From Octopus sinensis (Eukaryota): 64,000 bases of DNA. Position numbers and translations under genes: made by a program. Positions 55,031-64,000 of the stretch are shown piece after piece. The notes under the pieces were generated by a model. The model was not told where the DNA came from. It did no database searches and saw only the letters and a program-made list of their open reading frames with translations. Every line of letters begins with the position of its first letter. Within the stretch, counting starts at the first letter, position 1. The DNA is taken from contig NC_043017.1 in NCBI RefSeq assembly GCF_006345805.1, positions 30,938,001-31,002,000 on the forward strand. The letters are read 5' to 3'.

Positions 55031-56069
55031 GTATAAAAGCGTCTGTCAGCTCACTGACTTCCGGAAACGTACATATGAAAATCAGAACTTATACATGCAT
55101 ACGCTGTCGAAGAGAATATTTGGTGGAGTTTAGTATGGAGCTGAGAACTGAGGTAATTTTCTATTACCTTGTTCAAGATATTAAAATATCACTTCTCTAC
55201 TGAAAGCTAAAAATAATAACTTTCCAAATATATCGTACATCTACCCCTGTCAGCTAAGCATGACAATAGCACCCGTAACGATATGAATATAGACCTAATC
55301 TGCTCGACATTCTGGAAGTGCTGCAGTGTGGTGTAATTTACAACACTTATAACACACTTTTGCAGTATTAAGATTAATCTCTTCCCTGAGATATATTAGT
55401 TTTTTAACTCTTTAGATCTGGACTCATTATAGGGCCCCTGAGATTAGTATGAGAGAGATAGAAAGTTATCTTCAAACTGGATATCAGATGCGAATCCTTG
55501 CATCGTAGTGACCTCCGCTAAAGGCAACGAAGTTACGTGATTGTGGTTTTAAAACTGAGGACGACTGAAGTATAGGAGACAAGTAGTCTATAGCAGGATA
55601 TGAACAATGAAGGAAAATAACTGAAACAAATATTGGTGTCAAATGTTGGCACAAAGTCAGAAAGTTCAAGGGAGTGGGTAAATCCACTGCATCGCCCCCT
55701 CCCCCAATTGATCAACTGGTATTTATTCTATCGACTCTGTAACGATGAAAGGCAAAGTAACTGAAACAGAATTTGCAAGGCAACTAGTTGACGTTTTCAC
55801 GCTTCCACCAATCCAGCGCATTATATTCGTGCATTTTTACGGACCTCCAAAATGATGAAACTCATATTTGATCTAAATGGAACCTGAACTCAGAGCGCCG
55901 AGAGTCGGTGCTAACATTCCGAAGCATTCGTTTCGACGTTGTAACGATTCTTCAATTCATTGGGAAATTTGTCCAAGGTCTATTAATGGCACTAGATTAA
56001 ATAAAGCAGAAGGCGGGGATGGTGGGGTATAAATGCGACTTACACATATCGTTATTCTTTGCTTATAAA

Positions 56070-56295
56070 GGCGTCGATCTGGTGGAATCGTTAGCATTCT
56101 GAACGAAATGCTTAATGGTGTTTCGCCCGTCGCTATACGTTCTGACTTCAAATTCTGCCGAGGGAAAATTTGCGTTTCATCTTTTCGGGGGCAATAAATT
56201 AAATACCAGTAAGACATTTGGTTCGATTACATCGACTCGGCCCCTCCCCACCAATTTCAGGTTTTGTGTCTTTAGTAGAAAGGATTATTCCTGCT
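56070..56295 (+). mobile_element. SINE family B-related, degenerate
   Basis: ttctgacttcaaattctgccgagg ... ataaattaaataccagt. Confidence 0.75.
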
Positions 56296-56304
56296 TGTAG
56301 CTGT

Positions 56305-56537
56305 ACCTATTTCTTTACTGCCCGCAAGGGACTAAACACAGAAGAGACAAACAAGGACAGACAAACGGATTTAATCGATTATATCGACCCCAGTGCGTAA
56401 CTGGTACTTAATTTATCGACCCCGAAAGGATGAAAGGCAAAGTCGACCTCGGCAGAATTTGAACTCAGAACGTAATGGCAGACGAAATATGGCTAAGCAC
56501 TTCGCCCGGCGTGCTAACGTTTCTGCCAGCTCGCCGC
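56305..56537 (-). mobile_element. SINE family B, full length
   Basis: Reverse complement of 54353-54584. Confidence 0.92.
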
Positions 56538-57409
56538 TTGTAACTATGCCATCTGCAACAAAATTAAACATTTGAACGAAAAATATATCCACCAACATGG
56601 CTGTTCCACTTAAAAGAAATAGCAGTCAAATGTTAGCTTCACAGAAATTGCTTGCTAGTTTCTTAGATAAAAAGGAGTTCTTATATTTGAGTAGTCACTG
56701 AAAATGAACGAGATTTTTGCGTGTGGAATCCTCTATGCATTTAAATTCTTGATCAGTTTATGGAATTAGCAAATGAAACTACCAAATAATACAAATCCGT
56801 TTGACACTCCCTTCTGTTTCTTGTACATTTACAAGAAAAAGAAAACAAAAAAAAACTGAAGAAAGAAATCAAGAGAGGCTTCTTAACCTTCACCACTAAC
56901 AGCCATTTTGTTTCAAATAATACACAACTTGTTTTAAAAAGAAATAGCACTTTCGATAAAATAGTGTTAAGTATGGAGAGAAAAAAATGAGCGTCAAGGA
57001 TAGCATGCTCTTTTTATCATTCGTTTGCTCATCCATGTCTTTCATGAGTTAAGGAAAGATGTCATCAGCTGCAGACAACCACGAAAGTTAATTAACGTGT
57101 AGTCATTCCGCTGACTGCTGTAGATTTGCTGCTAATAATCGCAGAAGGTGTGTTAAGAGATAATTCAATTTATTTCATTAAATGTCAAGGGTTTTATGTA
57201 TAACGTGGAAGATCACTGGATTACAAGCTTAAACACATTAAATTTCTACTCCAATATTGTGAGTGCAGATTGACTAAGCTTGTTCATAATTACGGAATTT
57301 ATAATTAAGTATCAGTTATATATTACCGTGTACGGTTGTAATACTGCGCCGTGTCAAATATTTTGCAATGCTTTGCTAAATTAATTACTTCATTCGTCTA
57401 GTTAAAAGA

Positions 57410-57605
57410 AAATATCCTTCGACGCAGAGGCCAACGTGTTGCTCCTTTTGAACACACCTGCCCGCCAGTTCTTCGATCCAACGCTGATGCCAGTTTTTTC
57501 CTTCGAGGCAAAGACATCTTTACTGCAGCTTCCATTTTCTCTTGGTTGATGAAGAATCGCGAGCGCAAGACGTGAGCCATGGACTTGCACACGTAATAAT
57601 CCATG
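57410..57605 (-). mobile_element. Mariner transposase C-terminal fossil
   Basis: DYYVCKSMAHVL (cf. SDYxLFRSM), then with a frameshift FASKEKNWHQRWIEELAGR. Confidence 0.7.
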
Positions 57606-57977
57606 GCTTACTTCCTTCGCTTATCACACGCCATCAACAGAAGGGAGGTGGATTCTTCAGTGATGGAATTCTTCGCCACGAAGAACAACATATAGAATCA
57701 GTGTGGAATCAAAGAATAGTCCACCTTTTCGTTCTCACGAGTTAGATGAAGAGGGGAGGAGAGTTCAGCCCGTGTGGTGCAAAGAGGCAAACAAAGCTTA
57801 ATCCGTGTTCACGGTGAGACGAGTGTCTGGATGGCCCCTGTGCAAGGACAATCCGAAAACATACACAACCCTCCCACGCACACACACAAAAATACACACA
57901 TATATATAAATGCATATAAATATACAGTTACATATATCTGCATACATGTATGTCGATGCATTTACACTTCAATAGAA

Positions 57978-58053
<76 letters not shown>

Positions 58054-58346
58054 TATATATATAATTTCAACAATTGAGGGCAAAATTAATTAATTATTAA
58101 TCAATTTCACCAAGTGTTCAGTATGCAAAGGGACCATTCAAGGCGAATTCAAATTATTACATTATATAAAAGGGCTTAGTAAAATAAATTACTTTGCCGC
58201 ATACTGAACTCATTAGAAATAGCAGCTAAAAAACTTTTTAAGGCTATTTCTAATACTTAAAGAAAATCTCTCTCATATATAGTGTTTGCATAATTAACTC
58301 ACAAAAGTTGGGGGTAATGACATCGAAAAATCAAATGCTAAGGTTA

Positions 58347-58403
58347 TTCGAGAACGTACGTTTCAAGATTAGTCAAAACAACATTTCTATCATCGGCTCG
58401 GAA
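58347..58403 (-). ncRNA. Type I hammerhead, core CCGAUGA
   Basis: tt(c)cgag/ctcgaa stem I, GAAA, palindromic acgt-acgt stem III, GUU site, weak interrupted stem II. Confidence 0.62.
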
Positions 58404-58836
58404 ATTCCTTGGTTGGATTTGGAAACACTGAAAATAAGAACATACCCTCTCGAAGATCTGCTCCCAACTAACAGTGTCAACAAATTCAAAATAAGCAAGC
58501 GAAGAATCTCTGTTCTCCCCTTTCCACCAGCGTGGGTTAAAATCATCAAACTCTATGCTTATTTCGGTAAAGTCCGAAGCATTAATCAGAGGGAGATTAA
58601 TTATAATTTCAACAATTGAGGGCAAAATTAATTAATTATTAATCAATTTCACCAAGTGTTCAGTATGCAAAGGGACCATTCAAGGCGAATTCAAATTATT
58701 ACATTATATAAAAGGGCTTAGTAAAATAAATTACTTTGCCGCATACTGAACTCATTAGAAATAGCAGTTAGTTGGGAGCAGATCTTCGAGAGGGTATGTT
58801 CTTATTTTCAGTGTTTCCAAATCCAAACCAAGGAAT

Positions 58837-58893
58837 TTCCGAGCCGATGATAGAAATGTTGTTTTGACTAATCTTGAAACGTACGTTCTCGAA
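58837..58893 (+). ncRNA. Type I hammerhead, core CCGAUGA
   Basis: Identical motif; predicted cleavage after 58887. Confidence 0.62.
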
Positions 58894-59381
58894 TAACCTT
58901 AGCATTTGATTTTTCGATGTCATTACCCCAAAAATTTTGTGAGTTAAATTATGCAAACACTATATAGAGAGAGATTTTCTTTAAGTATTAGAAATAGCCT
59001 TAAAAAAGTTTTTTAGCTGCTATTTCTAATGAGTTCAGTATGCGGCAAAGTAATTTATTTTACTAAGCCCTTTTATATAATGTAATAATTTGAATTCGCC
59101 TTGAATGGTCCCTTTGCATACTGAACACTTGGTGAAATTGATTAATAATTAATTAATTTTGCCCTCAATTGTTGAAATTATAATTAATCTCCCTCTGATT
59201 AATGCTTCGGACTTTACCGAAATAAGCATAGAGTTTGATGATTTTAACCCACGCTGGTGGAAAGGGGAGAACAGAGATTCTTCGCTTGCTTATTTTGAAT
59301 TTGTTGACACTGTTAGTTTGGAGCAGATCTTCGAGAGGGTATGTTCTTATTTTCAGTGTTTCCAAATCCAAACCAAGGAAT

Positions 59382-59438
59382 TTCCGAGCCGATGATAGAA
59401 ATGTTGTTTTGACTAATCTTGAAACGTACGTTCTCGAA
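59382..59438 (+). ncRNA. Type I hammerhead, core CCGAUGA
   Basis: Identical motif 545 nt downstream; predicted cleavage after 59432. Confidence 0.62.
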
Positions 59439-59884
59439 TAACCTTAGCATTTGATTTTTCGATGTCATTACCCCCAAACTTTGTTGAGTTAAATTATGCA
59501 AACACTATATATGAGAGAGATTTTCTTTAAGTATTAGAAATAGCCTTAAAAAAGTTTTTTAGCTGCTATTTCTAATGAGTTCAGTATGCGGCAAAGTAAT
59601 TTATTTTACTAAGCCCTTTTATATAATATATATATATATATATATCTGTATGTATGAAAATATACATATATGTATACTCATATTGATGCTTTTATATTTT
59701 CGTTTATAACAATTTACAGACATGCACATACACACATACACAGAACACGTATATGCACACAGATATAAATATATATGCATCTCTATGCATTTGTATTTAT
59801 CTAAAACCGTTACACACGCTCTCATTACACTGCTTCAAAACATTCCAGTTTATAGAATACAACTTATAAAGTACAATAAAACAC

Positions 59885-60003
59885 GACGACGACGACGAGA
59901 ACGATGATGGTAATGATAATGAGGATGAGGATGAGGAGGAGGAAGTGGAAGAGGAGGATGATGATGATGATGATGACGGTGATGATGATGACGCTGATGG
60001 TAT

Positions 60004-60034
<31 letters not shown>

Positions 60035-60050
60035 GGTGATGATGATTATG

Positions 60051-60082
<32 letters not shown>

Positions 60083-60134
60083 GAGGATGATGGTGATGAT
60101 GATGATGATGATAGTGATGATGATGATGATAATA

Positions 60135-60173
<39 letters not shown>

Positions 60174-60332
60174 GTGATGACGACGATGATGATGACGACG
60201 ATGATGATGATGATGATGATGATCGTGATGGTGATGATAATGGTGATGATGATGATGATGATGGCGATGATGATGATGACGATGATGATGGCGATGATGA
60301 TGATGATGATGGCGATGATGATGATGATGGCG

Positions 60333-60364
<32 letters not shown>

Positions 60365-60450
60365 GATGATAATGATGATGGTGATGATGGTGATGATGAT
60401 GGTGATGATGATGGCGATGATGATCACGATTATGATGGTGATGATAATGA
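59885..60450. repeat. Long imperfect (GAT)n microsatellite
   Basis: Direct. Confidence 0.95.
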
Positions 60451-60864
60451 TGTCATACTTAAACGTAGATACTAATGATATCACAAATCAGGTAATTTAT
60501 TATCAGTGACGTTCTTTGCATGTCGACTCAAATTCATTTCCTGTTGTCTAGAACTTTTCAGCCGGTTTATATATTCGAAATCGTAATTTTACCGAATAGA
60601 TTTGGAAGAAGCAATCTCAAGGATAATGCAATTGCACAGACATAATACACACGGCACAGACATACATTGAAACGTATGGAAATATGTGATATAATATTTA
60701 TAAGATGCATGAATGCTATATTGACCAATCTTATTGACAACATTTAGATACATAGAAAAAGGAAATCAGTGAAATTGAAGACATCTCTTAATAGATAAAC
60801 TTTATTTTGTATGCGAATACAGGAACGATAGTTTTTCAGAGAGAAAAAACATTCAGCTTATACA

Positions 60865-60900
60865 TATGTGTGGTATATATATATATCTATAATAATATAT

Positions 60901-60984
<84 letters not shown>

Positions 60985-61330
60985 CATATATATAATACAT
61001 ACATATATATTACATATATATATATACATATATATATATACATATATACATACACACTCATATATATACATAGATATATATATACATATATACATACATA
61101 TATATATATACATACATAAATACATACACACATATCACCCATTTATATATGTATATATATACATATATATATACATGTACGTCTATTCAAATATGTATAA
61201 TATATTATTATATATAATATATATATATATATATATGTATGTGTATATGTATATGTGTGCATATATATATGTGAGTATATATATATTCATATATGTATAA
61301 ACCTATATATATATGTATATATATGGGTGT
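60865..61330. repeat. (TA)n-rich mosaic
   Basis: Direct. Confidence 0.95.
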
Positions 61331-61689
61331 TTGTGTGTATACATGGGTATGTATGTAGGTATGATAATAATTATAACATCGTAACTGGCAGTCTGTCGAC
61401 TAAGGCGATGGGTGTTCAGCTTGACCCAATGCACGGGGCAGAGTGCTCGTACAAGTAACGTCCAAATGACTGGGCATAGCTTGAGCTTAGTTTTCGGGAA
61501 GATTTATCCTTACAGAGAATGAAGTGAGGGTGGACCTTAGCTTTACAGCTACAAAACATGTCTGCCAGCTGTGTGTACTGGAGCAACGTGAAATAAAGGC
61601 AGTTATAGAACTCACAAAGTTTATGACGTGAGCCGTATACCCTTACGTCTACGCCGGGCACCTTCACACAGACACACAGAGACAGACAG

Positions 61690-61725
<36 letters not shown>

Positions 61726-61734
61726 GTATAATGT

Positions 61735-61860
61735 TCTTTATTAGTTAACATAGAGAGGCAAACAAGGACAGACAAACGGATTAAGTCGATTACATCGACA
61801 CCAGTGCGTAACTGGTACTTAATTTATCGACCCCCACGCATTTCGCCCGGCGTGCTAACG
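61735..61860 (-). mobile_element. SINE family B, internally deleted
   Basis: acaaggacagacaaacggattaagtcgattac ... cgcccggcgtgctaacg. Confidence 0.85.
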
Positions 61861-62144
61861 GGAACTGTCTGCTCAACGCGTTCTTATATATATATATATA
61901 TATAATATATATAATATATATATTATATATATATATAATACATACATAATACATGCAACTGCGTATGTGAGTGTGTGTTTGTGCAGTGTGTATGTGGTGT
62001 CTGTGTGTGTCCGGTTGTAATATTATATATATGTCCTGATATCACTTTTCCAAAGATATCTCTGCATGTTTTCTATACCATTATTTAATATTTAACAACA
62101 TATACACATTCGTTAGATATAACTAGACAGAAATATGTATAAGT

Positions 62145-62202
62145 GTATATATATATATATATAATATTATATATTAATTATATATATATATAAATATACT
62201 AT

Positions 62203-62237
<35 letters not shown>

Positions 62238-62260
62238 ATAATATATATATATATATATAT

Positions 62261-62300
<40 letters not shown>

Positions 62301-62328
62301 GTATGTATGTATACATATAGATACAGAC

Positions 62329-62365
<37 letters not shown>

Positions 62366-62400
62366 ATATATATATATCTATATATATATATAATATACTT
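62145..62400. repeat. (TA)n-rich mosaic
   Basis: Direct. Confidence 0.95.
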
Positions 62401-63313
62401 ACTATGTCTACGCATGCATGCATACGTATGATATTACACGGTTCTTCTAGATTTACATATTCGTATAATTACTTGTCACTTCTATATTTTGTTTCGATTT
62501 GTGGTGAAAAAAAATCTGTTATATTTTGAAAGTGTTTAATATTCTAACAAATCTAAATGATAAAATCCTCTGTAGAGAAATCTTATTCATAATATTCAGG
62601 CTACGTTCCGAACACGATTAAGCAGAAATGATTGTAAAACATCTTGAGTAGTATAAAGATTACAGATACGAACACACATACACAGACACACACACAATAT
62701 ATATATATATATATATTAATATATATAGTAATCGATGTGTACAATGTTATATATTTATTAGGCCATATATATATATATGTATATACATATATGTGTGTGT
62801 GTCTGTGTGTGTATGCGTGTGTGCGTGTATGCATGTATGTATATCTATGCACCCTCATAGACACATTTCTCTGCATATATTCAGAAACATAAACACGTTT
62901 ATATATATATATGAATTTATGTACAACACGCATAAAGATACTAAGATAATACATAAACATTTATCTCGACAGCTGTTTCAAGAAGCTCGAAATTACATAA
63001 TAGTAGAAACGCTAATAATTTGTCTTCAACATCATGAGTGTCTAACCAGGTAAAATAAATTTGGTGCTGAGTTCGGTCCGGACCGCGAGTGTGATAGGAA
63101 CTCTGACACAAGAGTTCTGGCACGATAATATTACACATATTAGGGACCCTGAAACTGTTGCTTAAAACGACTTTCTCAGAGATCAAACAAGTCAGAGACA
63201 GAAGTAGCGAATTTCTTAAGGGACAATTCGTAGAAGCAATTGTCTATAATGTGTAGTAAGACGGTGTAACCCTCCCCCGGAATTGGTGACCGTGCGCAAA
63301 AATTTGAAACCAT

Positions 63314-63371
<58 letters not shown>

Positions 63372-63490
63372 CATATATATATATATAAAGTTAATCCAAA
63401 CATGAAAACACAAAGAGAAAACACAACAACGAGAGGACGTGGAACAAATATAGTATTATTGGACGCTCAGGATGGAAGAGAAGAAGGAAG

Positions 63491-63525
63491 ATTTAACGTT
63501 TCGAGCGGAGCTCTTCGTCGGAAAC
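63491..63525 (-). ncRNA. Minimal hammerhead-like motif, core CCGACGA (element Z, ~63387-63575)
   Basis: Minus strand: gttt-ccgacga-a-gagc(tcc)gctc-gaa-acgt-t-aaat; palindromic aacgtt, GUU site. Confidence 0.55.
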
Positions 63526-64000
63526 ATAGGAAAAGGAAAGATCCAGAGAAGGGAAGACAGAAGAAAAACCATTAATAGAAATATATCAAGACTTTTTTTC
63601 TTTCATCAAGAAGATTTATATTGACATTGGACACATGAAATTTTCAAGGTTTGTGAATAATATATATTCAAATATTATTAATGTCGATGTTCCTTAGGAA
63701 ACAATTGCATATCCTTTCTGTTGTGTACCAATTAAAATATGTTATTTAATACATTTCTTTGAAGCTATATTTTTTAATTCAATACATATGTTTGTGTACA
63801 TTCTTACCTTTTCAGCTACATTCTGAAAAACATGTATTCCATTTTTCTACATCAGTTTATATAATATATCTTCATGTACTAACTCTTAATGTTATTTGAA
63901 AGTGTTTTTATCCTACGGCATCAACACACTATACAAATGTTTCTTAGTATCTTATGTATGAAGTATTGAATTAAGAAATCCACACAAAACGTCGTGTATA

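Larger units (their letters stand above)
58062..59628. repeat. ~545-bp HHR-containing unit: 1.3 forward copies then 1.6 inverted copies
   Basis: tttcaacaattgaggg at 58065 and 58607; polarity switch at 58767/58768; (TA)n on both sides. Confidence 0.92.

Noticed and set aside
58308-59501. 60-103 aa ORFs repeated in the 545-bp array
   Set aside because: No recognisable motif; frames break between copies; better explained as a non-coding unit.
59945-60475. 176-aa poly-Asp ORF resembling acidic biomineralisation proteins
   Set aside because: It lies wholly inside a (GAT)n microsatellite, other frames are equally open, there is no signal peptide, and similar tracts occur at 25-27 kb.

Overview
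AT-rich, repeat-saturated eukaryotic DNA, most likely from an octopus (inferred from the tRNA-derived SINE families and the density of (TA)n, (GAT)n, (AAT)n and (GATA)n tracts). Almost all listed ORFs are microsatellite artefacts, and no intact gene is visible. Recognisable content: about 30 SINE copies or fragments in four families, decayed R4/Dong-like (x3), RTE-like and CR1-like LINEs, two mariner fossils, a two-copy MITE with 8-bp target duplications, a probable Helitron 3' end, a Penelope-like retroelement (RT + GIY-YIG) with an inverted 3' duplication, and one candidate terminal coding exon (11289-11698). The main observation is 14 type I minimal hammerhead-ribozyme (HHR) motifs, folded by eye, in eight unrelated (TA)n-associated elements or element families. 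They include a 469-bp head-to-tail array, a ~545-bp tandem-plus-inverted array and the Penelope element's own 3' repeat. Five of the eight carry a non-canonical CCGANGA core (U4->C). Activity is untested, and the near-identical tandem copies could partly be long-read assembly artefacts. Coordinates were counted by hand; diffuse element ends are approximate.
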